A stretch of 64,000 bases of DNA from Chloroflexota bacterium (GTDB lineage: Bacteria > Chloroflexota > UBA11872). The notes under the pieces are model-generated. The model was not told where the DNA came from. It was given only the letters and a program-made list of their open reading frames with translations, and searched no databases. Shown here piece by piece: positions 29,071 to 38,869 of this stretch. The position numbers and the translations under genes are program-made. Where the stretch lies: the NCBI GenBank assembly GCA_034428595.1, contig DAOUHO010000110.1, forward strand, positions 112-64,111, read 5' to 3'. Position 1 is the stretch's first letter, and every line of letters begins with the position of its first letter.

Positions 29071-30054
29071 ATGCGCTGCTTCGTCACCGGTGCCTCCGGC
29101 CAGGTCGGCAGCGCGCTCGTCCGTGCGCTCGTCGGCGAGGGCCACCAGGTCACGGCGCTTGTGCTGCCCGACGACCCATGGGCGGAGCCGGCGTTTGAGG
29201 GGCTGCCGGTCCGCCAATTGACCGGCGACCTGCGGGACTCGGTGTGCTTCCCTCACGAGACCTTCGACTGGGTGTTTCACCTGGCCGCCAACCAATCATT
29301 TCACCGACGCGACCACGGGATCCAGTGGGCGACCAATGTCGAGGGCGTGGCAAATCTCCTCGGCTGGCTGGCGGCGCACCGTCCCAAGCGCTTTGTCCAC
29401 GTCAGCTCGCTCACGACGGTCGGACTTGCCATCCGTCCTGACGCGCCCATGGACGAGACCTCGTCGATTGATGCGGATGGTCGCGGCCTCATGTATGCGG
29501 TCTCCAAGCACGCCGGTGAGCGGCTGGTGCTCGACGCCGTGTCCCGAGGACTTCCGGCCGTGGTGGCGAACCCGGGCACAGTGCTTGGCCCCTGGGACCG
29601 CGGAGCCCACGCCTGGCGCATGCTGCGGCCGCTCGTGCGCGGCTGGGTCCGCGCCGTGCCGCCCGGCGGAAACAATCTCGTCGACGCGCGCGACGTGGCC
29701 AACGGCTTGGTGGCCCTGGCTGAAAGCGCGCGGGTTGGTGAGCGCTATCTGCTCACGGGCTACAACCTCACCTACCGACAGCTCGCTGATCGGGTGGGCC
29801 GCATCGCCGGCAACACCGGCCCCATCGTGACCCTGCCGCGCTGGACGCTTGCGGGCCTCGGATCCGCGGTCGAGTCGCTGTCCGACCGCGTCGGCGTCGC
29901 GCCGCCGATTGCCCGCGATGAAGTCACTGCGGGGACGCACTTCCTCTACTTCGATGCGGCCAAGGCCCGCCGGGAACTGGGCTTCCAGGCGCGACCGCTC
30001 GACGAGACGCTGCACGACACTCTGGAGTGGTATCGCGCGGTCGGAGTCAACTGA
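29071..30054 (+). CDS. NAD-dependent epimerase/dehydratase (extended SDR)
   Basis: 327 aa; TGASGQVGSAL Rossmann motif; YxxxK (YAVSK). Confidence 0.8.
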   Translation: MRCFVTGASGQVGSALVRALVGEGHQVTALVLPDDPWAEPAFEGLPVRQLTGDLRDSVCFPHETFDWVFHLAANQSFHRRDHGIQWATNVEGVANLLGWLAAHRPKRFVHVSSLTTVGLAIRPDAPMDETSSIDADGRGLMYAVSKHAGERLVLDAVSRGLPAVVANPGTVLGPWDRGAHAWRMLRPLVRGWVRAVPPGGNNLVDARDVANGLVALAESARVGERYLLTGYNLTYRQLADRVGRIAGNTGPIVTLPRWTLAGLGSAVESLSDRVGVAPPIARDEVTAGTHFLYFDAAKARRELGFQARPLDETLHDTLEWYRAVGVN

Positions 30055-30080
30055 ATCTCAGGCGCACTTGCTGGACTGCC

Positions 30081-30464
30081 CTACCCCGCGGATTCGTCCA
30101 GAAAGATCGTCTGTCGCGCCTCGCTGGAAAACGCCACCAGCAGCGTCGCTGTGTCCTCGCCGACGTTGCGCGCCTGGTGCCGCGTTCCCTGGGGCACGTG
30201 CAGGAGCGATCCCGCGGACAGCGTGACCGTCCGCGAACCGAGCGTGTGCTCAATCGTGCCCTCGGCGACAAACACCAGCTCGTGGCAGTTGGGGTGGTAG
30301 TGCACCGGATTCGATGAGCCGGGCTCGAACTGGGCGCGCCCAAACGTCATCCCGCTTCCGGGAGTCAGGTCCGCATCCGCCAGCCACTCCAGCGACACGC
30401 CCGGCACGTAGTCGCGCCGGCCATGGCCAACCGTCACCACGCGCGGTTCTTCCGCCTCGCTCAT
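30081..30464 (-). CDS. cupin domain protein
   Basis: 127 aa; cupin motifs G(X)5HYHP(X)4E(L) ... G(X)5P(X)G(X)2H(X)3N. Confidence 0.8.
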   Translation of the reverse strand: MSEAEEPRVVTVGHGRRDYVPGVSLEWLADADLTPGSGMTFGRAQFEPGSSNPVHYHPNCHELVFVAEGTIEHTLGSRTVTLSAGSLLHVPQGTRHQARNVGEDTATLLVAFSSEARQTIFLDESAG

Positions 30465-30595
30465 CGACTCCGCCTCCCGCGTTCGGGGATGCTCACGCGT
30501 CGTGCCAGCCTACGCCACCCCACCCGCCCGCCGCCCGAACGCCACTGCTACGCTGACGACCACTCGATCAGGCACCCATCCCAGGCGCGACACCC

Positions 30596-31459
30596 ATGGC
30601 GGCACAGGCATCCCCCGAACCACCCAAACTCCTTCAGTTGGCCGCGATCAACAGCTTCATGGGCCACCCCAGCCCGGACCGCGAATGGAGCTTCGAACGC
30701 AAGATTGCGGAGGTGGCCGGGGCTGGATTCGACGGGTTCACGGGACGCACGCCGCCGATCACCCGCAGGATGGTGGACGACTCGGGCCTGCTGTTCTGGT
30801 GCACGGCCGACATCGAAACCGCGCGCGACGTCAGGCCCGCGCTGACCGCGGCGCAAGAGGCCGGCGCGGCGACCGTCAATGTGCAGATGGGCAATCACGA
30901 CACGCCCACGCGATCGGCGGTGGCGCTGGCGCGGCGGACGCTGGCCGCGGCCGACGAGATTGGGATCGAGGCGGCGATCGAGGTGCACCGCGACACGGCC
31001 ACCGAGACGCCCGAGAAGGCCTACGCCCTGGCGGACGGCTTCGCCAAGGCCGAAGGCCGGCTGCTGCCCATGGTGTGGGACCACTCGCACCCGGCCGTCA
31101 TCAAGCACCTGCCCCCGCCGTTCGCCGGCCGCCTGCTGGACCGGCCGGAGCTGGTCCAAAACTCGAACTGGTTTCACCTGCGCGCCTTCAACGGGCATCA
31201 CGCCCAGGTGCCGGTCATCGACGCCGACGGCAATCCAACGCCCGAGTTCCACGACTGGATCGAGTTCGTCGACGAGCTCATCAAGCTCTGGCTGGAGGCG
31301 GCGGCCCCCGGCGCCACGCTGTGGACCTGCCCCGAGATGATCGCCAGCGGCTACCGGCTCTCGGTCTTCACGGATAACTGGAGCCAGGCGCTGTTCATAC
31401 GCGACGCCGTCGCCGACGTCTGGCGCCGCCGCCTGCCCGACTGGTCGCCGCCGGCCTAG
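30596..31459 (+). CDS. sugar phosphate isomerase/epimerase-like TIM-barrel protein (xylose-isomerase-like fold)
   Basis: 287 aa; AP-endonuclease-2/xylose-isomerase-like TIM barrel features; moderate. Confidence 0.55.
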   Translation: MAAQASPEPPKLLQLAAINSFMGHPSPDREWSFERKIAEVAGAGFDGFTGRTPPITRRMVDDSGLLFWCTADIETARDVRPALTAAQEAGAATVNVQMGNHDTPTRSAVALARRTLAAADEIGIEAAIEVHRDTATETPEKAYALADGFAKAEGRLLPMVWDHSHPAVIKHLPPPFAGRLLDRPELVQNSNWFHLRAFNGHHAQVPVIDADGNPTPEFHDWIEFVDELIKLWLEAAAPGATLWTCPEMIASGYRLSVFTDNWSQALFIRDAVADVWRRRLPDWSPPA

Positions 31460-31666
31460 GCGCCCACCTGCAGTTCCCAACCATTCGATCCGTGTAGGGG
31501 CGCCCCTAGTGGGCGCCCGTCCTGATCGATCCGGGCAGCCACCAGGGCTGCCCCTACGCCGACTCGACTCTGCCCGGTGGCCCAGGCTGCGTGCAGCCTG
31601 GGAATTCCTCCGCCGCGCCGCCTCACTAAGATGCCGCCAAACATCTGCGCTTTGCAAGGAAACTTA

Positions 31667-31697
31667 CTTGACAGAGAGACACTCAAGTCTTACGATA
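31667..31697 (+). promoter_or_regulatory. hsp20 promoter with HAIR-like inverted repeat (CTTGACA-N7-ACTCAAG) overlapping -35; -10 TACGAT
   Basis: TTGACA(31668-73)-17 nt-TACGAT(31692-97), 55 nt upstream of hsp20 ATG; the inverted repeat matches the HspR operator consensus CTTGAGT-N7-ACTCAAG at 12/14 positions. Confidence 0.5.
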
Positions 31698-31752
31698 CCT
31701 CCGACAGATCGAAACGTCGGTCCGAAAGGCGGACCGCACGGAGGAGGACACG

Positions 31753-32184
31753 ATGGCCACCATTCAGCGTTGGGACCCGTTCCGCGAGTTGCTTGGCATT
31801 CACGACGCCATTGGGCGACCCTGGCGCCGCTCGGCGCTGCCCACGCGCGCATCTTCATGGGTGTTGCCGGTCGACGTCCGCGAGGACGAGAACGCGATCG
31901 ACATCAGCGCGTCGCTGCCCGGCGTCGCCAAGGACGACATCGAGATTTCCGTCGAGCACGGCGTGCTCACCATCCAGGCCAAGAGCGGCGACACGGACGA
32001 GTCGACGGGTGACGGCTACGTGCTCCGCGAGCGGCGCGCCGGTAGCTTCTATCGCGCCCTGCGCCTGTCGGATCGCGTGGACGCCGCGGCCGCCACGTCC
32101 AGCTACGCCGACGGCGTGCTCACGGTGACCGTGCCCAAGCTGGAGGCCAGCAAGCCCAAGCGAATCGAAGTCACGGTCGCGTAA
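31753..32184 (+). CDS. Hsp20/alpha-crystallin family small heat-shock protein
   Basis: 143 aa; alpha-crystallin domain (VDVREDENAIDISASLPGV...GVLTVTVPK); GGAGGA RBS. Confidence 0.9.
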   Translation: MATIQRWDPFRELLGIHDAIGRPWRRSALPTRASSWVLPVDVREDENAIDISASLPGVAKDDIEISVEHGVLTIQAKSGDTDESTGDGYVLRERRAGSFYRALRLSDRVDAAAATSSYADGVLTVTVPKLEASKPKRIEVTVA

Positions 32185-32331
32185 CTCTCCCCCACGGCGG
32201 CGGCCCGAGGGAGGTCGGGCCGCCGCCGGCGCGTTTCCACCCTGCTCCGGCGGCGCGAATAGACGGGCTGGCGCCGCCTCGCTACTTTCTGGGGAGCCGC
32301 CACGAAATCCACGCGGCACGGAGACGCTGCC

Positions 32332-33291
32332 ATGAAGGTGCTGATAGTCCCGCACGCCGACTACTACGTCCTGCCGACGGACGAGCTCCGCGCGGAGTTT
32401 CCCGACGCGACCTTCGTCGAGCCGCAGACCCCCGAGGAGCGGCTGCGCGAGGTCGTCGACTCGGACGCCTTCTACGGCACGCCGACCGGCGACGAAATGC
32501 GCGCGGCCACGCGCCTGCGCTGGATCCACAACCCCGGCATGGGCATCGACCGGCTGATGAAGGTGCCCGAAATCGTCGCCTCCGACGTCGTGATCACCAA
32601 CTCGCCGGGGCCTCACACTAACCCCATGGCCGATCACGCATTCATGTTCATCCTGGCCCTCGCGCACCATCTCATGGAGTCGCTGGACGACCAGCGGCAG
32701 CGCGTGTGGGACACGGTGAAATACAACCACCGCATGCTGCCGCTTGATGGAAGCCGCGTGGGCATCCTCTCGATGGGCGGCGTCGGTCGCGCCGTCGCCC
32801 AGCGCGCGCTGCCCTTCGGCATGCACGTCTCCGCCATGGATCCCAGCCCCACCGACGTACCCGCCGGCGTGCGCAAGGTCTACCCGCCCGAGGAATTGGA
32901 CGAGATGCTTCAGCACACGGACTGGCTGGTCGTCACCTCGCCGTTCATTCCCGCGACCGCCAACCTGATCAATGCCGAGCGCATGGCGCTCATGCCCGCG
33001 GGCTCGCACATCGTCGTCGTGTCGCGCGGTGGGATCGTGAATGAGGACGACTTGGCCGAGGCGCTGCACGGCGGCCACATTGCGGGCGCCGGGATCGACG
33101 CCACGGCCGTTGAGCCGCTGCCGCAGGACAGCCCGCTCTGGACCGCGCCCAACATCCTCATCTCGGCGCACACCTCGGCCTTGAGCACGACGCTTGCCGC
33201 CGAGCGCCAGCAGATCTTCCACGCCAACCTGCGCCGCTTCGCCCAGGACCGCCCGCTGGCGTTCGTGTGCCCCCTCGGCCGGGGATACTAG
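32332..33291 (+). CDS. D-isomer-specific 2-hydroxyacid dehydrogenase family protein
   Basis: 319 aa; NAD-binding GILSMGGVGRAVA; catalytic R/E/H region ...VVVSRGGIV... HTSAL. Confidence 0.85.
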   Translation: MKVLIVPHADYYVLPTDELRAEFPDATFVEPQTPEERLREVVDSDAFYGTPTGDEMRAATRLRWIHNPGMGIDRLMKVPEIVASDVVITNSPGPHTNPMADHAFMFILALAHHLMESLDDQRQRVWDTVKYNHRMLPLDGSRVGILSMGGVGRAVAQRALPFGMHVSAMDPSPTDVPAGVRKVYPPEELDEMLQHTDWLVVTSPFIPATANLINAERMALMPAGSHIVVVSRGGIVNEDDLAEALHGGHIAGAGIDATAVEPLPQDSPLWTAPNILISAHTSALSTTLAAERQQIFHANLRRFAQDRPLAFVCPLGRGY

Positions 33292-33378
33292 GCCGCAGCT
33301 CTACATCCGCGCGCCGAGGCTTGGCTGCCGAGCCCAGCGGTGGGAGCATTGGGGCACGGGCGGGTGGAGGTCGGACCC

Positions 33379-35122
33379 ATGGCGCGTGACGGCAAGGTCA
33401 ATGCCGGGAAGCTGAGCGACCTCGCGCCCGGCCGCTGCCACAGCCTGCGCGTCAACGGGCGCACGCTGGTGCTGGTCCGCGACGGCGACGCCGTGCACGC
33501 GCTCGACAATCGCTGCCCCCACATGGGATTTCCGCTCGACCGCGGCAGCGTGGACGACGGAATCCTGACCTGCCACTGGCACCACGCGCGCTTCGACGTG
33601 ACCACCGGCGGCACGTTCGATCTTTGGGCCGACGATGCGCCGGCATTCCCGACCGAGGTTATCGACGGCGAAGTCTGGATCGACCTGCGGGTCGATCGCG
33701 ACGAGCTGGCGCATCACCGTCGCCGTCTGCGCGACGGCTTGGAGCGGAACCTGTCCCTCGTCATCGCCAAGGCGGTGATTGGCCTGCTGGAAGCCGGCGC
33801 GGACGCGCGCGAGCCGTTCCGAATCGGGCTGGATTTCGGCGTGCGCTACCTGGCGGAAGGCTGGGGTCAGGGGCTCACGGTGCTCACCTGCATGATGAAC
33901 TTGCTGCCCCGGTTGCCGCGCGACCAGCACGCCCGAGCGCTGTTTCATGGGCTGTCGAACGTAGCGAGCGACTGCGCCGGAGCCGCGCCGCGCTTCCCTG
34001 CCGGACCGCTGCCCGACGCCCCCGCCGATCCCGCCGCGCTCAAGCGCTTGGTTCCGGCGCTCCGTCGAGGTTCGCGACGCCACGGGCGCGGAGCGCTGCC
34101 TGCTGACCGCCGTGCGGGCGGGCTTCGAGCCGGAGGCCCTGGCCGACATGCTCTTCGCCGCCGCGACCGACCATCGCTACCTGTCCAGCGGACACGTGCT
34201 CGACTTCACCAACAAGGCGCTGGAGGCGCTGGACATCGCGGGTTGGGACCTCGCCGGGGGCGTGCTCGCGTCGCTCGCGCGGGGCTACGCCAACGCGCAG
34301 CGCATGGAGGAGTCCAACGCCTGGCGGCGGCCGCACGACCTGGTGGTGATCCTCGAGGCGGCGTTCCGCGAGATTCCAGACGTATCCGCCCGGGTCGATC
34401 CAACCCCGTGGCCTGAACGCGCGGCGCTTGTCGACACCGTGCTGGGCGACGATCCCAACGCCATCGCCGACTCGCTCACCGCCGCGCTGCGCTCAGGCGT
34501 TGGCCCGGTGCAACTGGCGGAGGCCGTGGTTCAAGCGGCGGTCACTCGTGTTGCTCGGTTTCACGTCAGCAACGAGTTCGGCGACTGGGACCGCGCGCTG
34601 CACACGCTGTCGTTTGCCAACGCGGTTCGCTGCGGCTTGATACGGTCGCCCTCCCGCGAGCTGGTGCGCGGCGTCTACGACGCGGCCATGAGCGTCTACC
34701 TCGACCGCTTCCTCAACGTGCCGCCCGCCCGTGTACCGAGCCTCAATGGCCAGTCGCCGGCTCCGGGACCCGACCTGCTGCGGCAGCTTCCGGACATCCT
34801 GGACCGGCGGCAGCAGGTCGATGACGCCGCGCGGCTGGTGATCGAGTACCGGGCCGGCAATGGACACGACGACGATCTGCGGGCAGGTCTGGGCTGCGCG
34901 CTGATGCGCGAGGACCGCAACTTCCACACCATCCAGTCGATCGAGGCGGCGATGCGGCAGTTCGACCGAACGACGAAATCCGAAGACGCCACGCTGGCGC
35001 TGGTGGCCGGCGCGCGCTATCTCGCGGCGCACGCGCCAACGGTGCGCGCGCAGGGCCAAACGTTCCAGATCGCCCAGCGCCTCCACCGCGGCGAAGCGCT
35101 CTACGAGGAATCGCCGGCCTGA
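33379..35122 (+). pseudogene. Rieske [2Fe-2S] domain protein fused to a large alpha-helical C-terminal domain, interrupted by an apparent +1 frameshift near 34066-34072
   Basis: Frame 1 (33379-~34068) gives a Rieske domain (CPHMGFPL...CHWHHARF) plus sensible sequence to ...ALKRLVPAL; it then becomes Arg/Gly junk until 34416; frame 2 is sensible from ~34067 (VEVRDATGAERCLL...) to the stop at 35122; no start candidate in frame 2 before GTG 34112. Confidence 0.5.
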
Positions 35123-35130
35123 CACTCTCT

Positions 35131-35214
35131 GTCATTCCGAGCCGCAGGCGAGGAATCAAAGGGGCAGGGAACAAGCACCGCGTCCTTAGATTCCTCACGT
35201 TCGTTCGGAATGAC
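35131..35214. repeat. inverted pair of degenerate REP-like copies (gtcattccgagccgcaggcgaggaatc ... gattcctcacgttcgttcggaatgac)
   Basis: two copies in opposite orientation 31 nt apart, between convergent genes. Confidence 0.6.
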
Positions 35215-35240
35215 ACGTCAAGCCCGCCCCAACGAACCCC

Positions 35241-36365
35241 TTAGGCCGTCCCGTTCGTCGGCAGCTCGGCGAAGTCGAAGAGCTTCAGCGCCGTCTCGCC
35301 CATGATCTTGCGTTTCGTCTCCGCGGGAAACGGCTTGATCATCACCTCCCGCGGGTGGTCGAAGTCGTGGTGCGGCCAGTCCGAGGCGAAGACCACGTGG
35401 TCCCTGCCATCGATCAGGTCGATCAGCGTCACCAGGTCTTGTGGCCGCTCCGGCTCCTCGACCGGCTGCGTGCAGAAGTAGAACTCGCGGATGTAGTGGC
35501 TTGGCGGCTTCGTGAGCAGGGGCGCCTGGTGCCGCAGCTCGTGATACTCCTTGTCCAGGTGCCACAGGACGTAGGGCACCCACGACACGCCGCCCTCCGT
35601 GAACACGACGTTGAGGTCCGGGAAGCGCACCGGCATGCCGGTCTCGATCATGCTGAAAATGTTGGCCATCAATGCGAACCCGTGCTCCACCGAGTGCCGT
35701 CCCAGCTGGGTCGCGAACTGCTCGGTGTTGAAGGGGAAGTTGGTGTGCAGGATCCCGCCGACGCTGTGCAGCATCACGGGGCAGCCGGTTTCCTGGGCGG
35801 CCTCGAAGATCGGGTCATACATCGTGTGGCCCCACAGGGGGCGGACCGCGCAGGTCGGCAGGAACACGCCGACGAAGCCCTTCGTCGAGCCGTATTTGCG
35901 AATCTCTCGGGCGGCGTCCTCCGGGTCCTGCGGCGCCGCAAGCACGGTGCCGTACAACCCCCGCGCCGGGTCCACCCAGTTCTCCGCCAGCCAGGCGTTG
36001 AAGGCCCGGGCCACCGCCGCCGCGAAGTCGGCCTGCGGCAGGACGGCCATGCGCAGCAGGAAGTCGGGAAATAGAATCCCGATGTCGATGGACATGGCGT
36101 CCAGGTCCTCGCGCATCTGGTCGGCGGTCGCCACCGTGCGGTGCGTGAGGCCGCGTCCCGGCACCGGCAGGTCGAAGGGCGTGCTGGGCGCGTAGCCCGG
36201 AGCCTCCAGGTAGCGGCGCGGCACGTCGCCCAGATGTTCCAGGGCTACTCGCCACGGCTCGTCGCAATAGGGCGCCAGCGCTTCCGGCGGATCGTTGGCG
36301 TGCACATCGCAGTCGACGATGACGAGGTCGTTGACCGTGAGCGGACGTTCGCGCTGGATCGCCAT
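35241..36365 (-). CDS. amidohydrolase-2 family metal-dependent hydrolase (ACMSD/lactonase-type TIM barrel)
   Basis: 374 aa; N-terminal DCDVH metal motif, ...HSVG..., C-terminal FASDWPHHD. Confidence 0.85.
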   Translation of the reverse strand: MAIQRERPLTVNDLVIVDCDVHANDPPEALAPYCDEPWRVALEHLGDVPRRYLEAPGYAPSTPFDLPVPGRGLTHRTVATADQMREDLDAMSIDIGILFPDFLLRMAVLPQADFAAAVARAFNAWLAENWVDPARGLYGTVLAAPQDPEDAAREIRKYGSTKGFVGVFLPTCAVRPLWGHTMYDPIFEAAQETGCPVMLHSVGGILHTNFPFNTEQFATQLGRHSVEHGFALMANIFSMIETGMPVRFPDLNVVFTEGGVSWVPYVLWHLDKEYHELRHQAPLLTKPPSHYIREFYFCTQPVEEPERPQDLVTLIDLIDGRDHVVFASDWPHHDFDHPREVMIKPFPAETKRKIMGETALKLFDFAELPTNGTA

Positions 36366-36468
36366 GAATGTGCTCGTTGGCTCGCGTGAGTCGGATTCTA
36401 GCCCGGAACGATCGCTACATGCAGACTCGCGCGCCCTGGTTGGGGGCGGCCATTTCCACTTGGCGGGT

Positions 36469-38742
36469 CTAGTTTGGTCCCGCCGTCGGCGCGCTTCCGG
36501 TTGCGGGGATCGTCTGGTACGCCACCGATTCCGGGATATCCGGATCGGTTGTCAGCGTGATGGCGTCCGAGTAGCGGACCGCGTGCGTCCCACCTCCGAC
36601 CCAGGCCCAATTCTTGCCGAATGCGTTGAACGTCTGGCGCGGCGCGGCGAGCGTGAGTTGGTGAGAGCCGGGGCTGAGCGTTTGCTCGTTGCCGGCGTGG
36701 TCGGAGAGATAGATGGCCTCGGCGGATGGATCCTCGCTGGCGGTAAACGCAAGCGTCAGATCGATCGGTGCGCGGTTGCGGTTGTACAGCACGCTGGTTG
36801 TGAACCCAGGTCCTGGCAGATCGATCCGGACCGGCCCCGCGTACGCATTGGCCGCGCGCTCGCCACGAATGTCCGGCCGCTTCGTGCGCTCGGGATGTTG
36901 CCGGGTGACATGCGACATATAGCGCACGGCTACTCGCGCCCCCTGCCCTGAGATTTGCGTCAGCGGGTAGTTGATGAGCTTGTGGAGCGCAATTTCGTCG
37001 GCGCCGCCGACAAGGGCGTTGGCGACCGCCTGAATGATGAAGTGCGCCACATCCGTGTCGTCGAAGAACGCGCCCAGCCCGGGATCGTCCTGCAGGCCCA
37101 TCTCCATCACGATCAGTTGGCGGCTCCCGGCCAGGGGGTCCGGCTCGCCCACCGTTGTTGAGAGATCGTCGAGCGCCGCGCGGTAGTTGGCGGTCATCTC
37201 GTATACCCGCTCGGGCTCCTTGTGCAGCGTCAGGGATACGTCATGGAACAGGAAGTTCTTGGCGACCAGAGCCTCGCGATCGGTCTGCCCGGCCAGGAAT
37301 CTCACCCAGCCGTCCCAAAACTGCATCTGCCTCGGTGTGTTGTCACAGCTCCGGTCGACGACGCTGAGCGAGGGAAAAATCAGGCGCGCCCCAGGGTCGG
37401 CGGCGATCACGGCGTCGTACGCCACCTGCACGAGACGGTAGAGCAGGCGCTCGCGCTCGGCGTCGTCGATTTCGTCCGCGGCGGCTGGACCCGAGCCGCC
37501 GGTGCGCTCCACCCATCGCTGGTGGGGTTCGCCGCCCCAGGCATAGCCCGGCATCCGCGGGCGACAGATATCCGGCTCGTTCGATGGGATCCAGCGCGAG
37601 ATCGGATTCAGGCCCGACGCCGGCCTGGCGGAGGCTCCGTCGAGCGGCCGACGGCTCTCGACCACGCCGCGGACGAAACGGCCAAAGTGGTTCTGCGGAT
37701 CGTCGGCCGGCAGCTCCAGCCCGCTGGGCGGGTTGAATTTCGCGGGCTCGGACGACCCGCCGCCCGCGTACGCCGGCGTGAACTGAAGCAGTCCAACGAC
37801 CTCCCTCGAGACGCGGAAGTTGCGGTCGGTGGCGATCGTGGGCAGTGCGGCGTCGCTGTACGCGTCCAGGCTGCTCCAGATGAACTGCTCCCGGTCCCAC
37901 CAGAGCCCAAGGCGGTTCATGTGGTCGATGCCGGCGGCGACACCCTGCTCGCTGGCCAGGGTGCAGCCGAATCCGCGGTCGATTCCTCTGACCGTGCCGG
38001 GGAGATCGTCCGAAATGCTGGACGCTTGATCGGCCAGCGCGAATTCCTCGAGTACGACGGCGCCGCTTGGCAGGCGGCTGGGCCGGCCCTGGAAATACCT
38101 CTTGTAGTTCTGCCCCAACACGCCAAGGCGAACACGCCCACCCACGTTTTCAAGGCCAAGATTGGTGAAGAGATTTCGAATCTTGCCGGCAATGCTGCGC
38201 GGCTGGGATCGCGCGTCACCCGCCTGTAGGGCTGGATGGGCGGTGATGAATGCCGCAATCGTGGGATCAACCGCCGTCGTGCGGCTGTATTGAGGCCAGC
38301 CGTCGAATTCGAGCTTCGTCGCGTTCGAGAAGCTGCGTGACACGGACGGCCCGGACACGATGAGATCGACGATCGGCGCCAGGCGCGGCGCGCCGCCGGC
38401 CAGCGGTTGGACGAACATCGCGCAGGCGAAGAGCTGATACCAGTTGTTGGCGTCGTGCCACACGCGGCTGATCGGGGGACCGTACCAGGCATGGCCGCCG
38501 GCCGAGTCGTAGAGCGACCAGAATCTCGGCCCGGCAGGGTCGTCGCGGACGTAATACCCCGACAGCCCTCCGTCGATCGGGAAGAACGCCCCGTCCACCG
38601 TCTCGATCGCATCCGGCGGGAGCAACTGCTCAGCGCCGAGGGCCGGTGGCGACGTCGAGATTCGGGCAATGGCGCCAGCGCCAAGCGCCGCCATCACGGC
38701 GAAGAGCCGACGCCGACTCAGAATGGCCATGCGTCTTGGCAT
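36469..38742 (-). CDS. secreted (Tat-signal) large protein with clan GH-A-like glycoside hydrolase domain
   Basis: 758 aa from ATG 38742 (MPRRMAILSRRRLFAVMAALGAGAIA = twin-arginine signal); C-terminal half has acid/base-like WIPSNEPD (NEP motif) and nucleophile-like LIVMEMG; the ORF's upstream extension to 38916 overlaps the MMPL gene. Confidence 0.6.
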   Translation of the reverse strand: MPRRMAILSRRRLFAVMAALGAGAIARISTSPPALGAEQLLPPDAIETVDGAFFPIDGGLSGYYVRDDPAGPRFWSLYDSAGGHAWYGPPISRVWHDANNWYQLFACAMFVQPLAGGAPRLAPIVDLIVSGPSVSRSFSNATKLEFDGWPQYSRTTAVDPTIAAFITAHPALQAGDARSQPRSIAGKIRNLFTNLGLENVGGRVRLGVLGQNYKRYFQGRPSRLPSGAVVLEEFALADQASSISDDLPGTVRGIDRGFGCTLASEQGVAAGIDHMNRLGLWWDREQFIWSSLDAYSDAALPTIATDRNFRVSREVVGLLQFTPAYAGGGSSEPAKFNPPSGLELPADDPQNHFGRFVRGVVESRRPLDGASARPASGLNPISRWIPSNEPDICRPRMPGYAWGGEPHQRWVERTGGSGPAAADEIDDAERERLLYRLVQVAYDAVIAADPGARLIFPSLSVVDRSCDNTPRQMQFWDGWVRFLAGQTDREALVAKNFLFHDVSLTLHKEPERVYEMTANYRAALDDLSTTVGEPDPLAGSRQLIVMEMGLQDDPGLGAFFDDTDVAHFIIQAVANALVGGADEIALHKLINYPLTQISGQGARVAVRYMSHVTRQHPERTKRPDIRGERAANAYAGPVRIDLPGPGFTTSVLYNRNRAPIDLTLAFTASEDPSAEAIYLSDHAGNEQTLSPGSHQLTLAAPRQTFNAFGKNWAWVGGGTHAVRYSDAITLTTDPDIPESVAYQTIPATGSAPTAGPN

Positions 38743-38869
38743 CTCGCTCGTTGCTCCGATCCTGCGGCGAAACCACAAACGACGGGAGGCGATTCCGCAC
38801 CATCCGAGAGCTTCGGAGTCTGCGAACTCGCGCCCGGCTGCACCCGGCGGGCGGCTGACGAGCTTGCCT

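Noticed and set aside
31855-33222. 455-aa minus-strand ORF
   Set aside because: Antisense to hsp20 and the 2-hydroxyacid dehydrogenase; shadow ORF.
33340-34416. Treating 33340..34416 and 34112..35122 as two genuine overlapping genes
   Set aside because: A 300-nt out-of-frame overlap with junk translation in the first ORF's tail is better explained by a single frameshifted gene.
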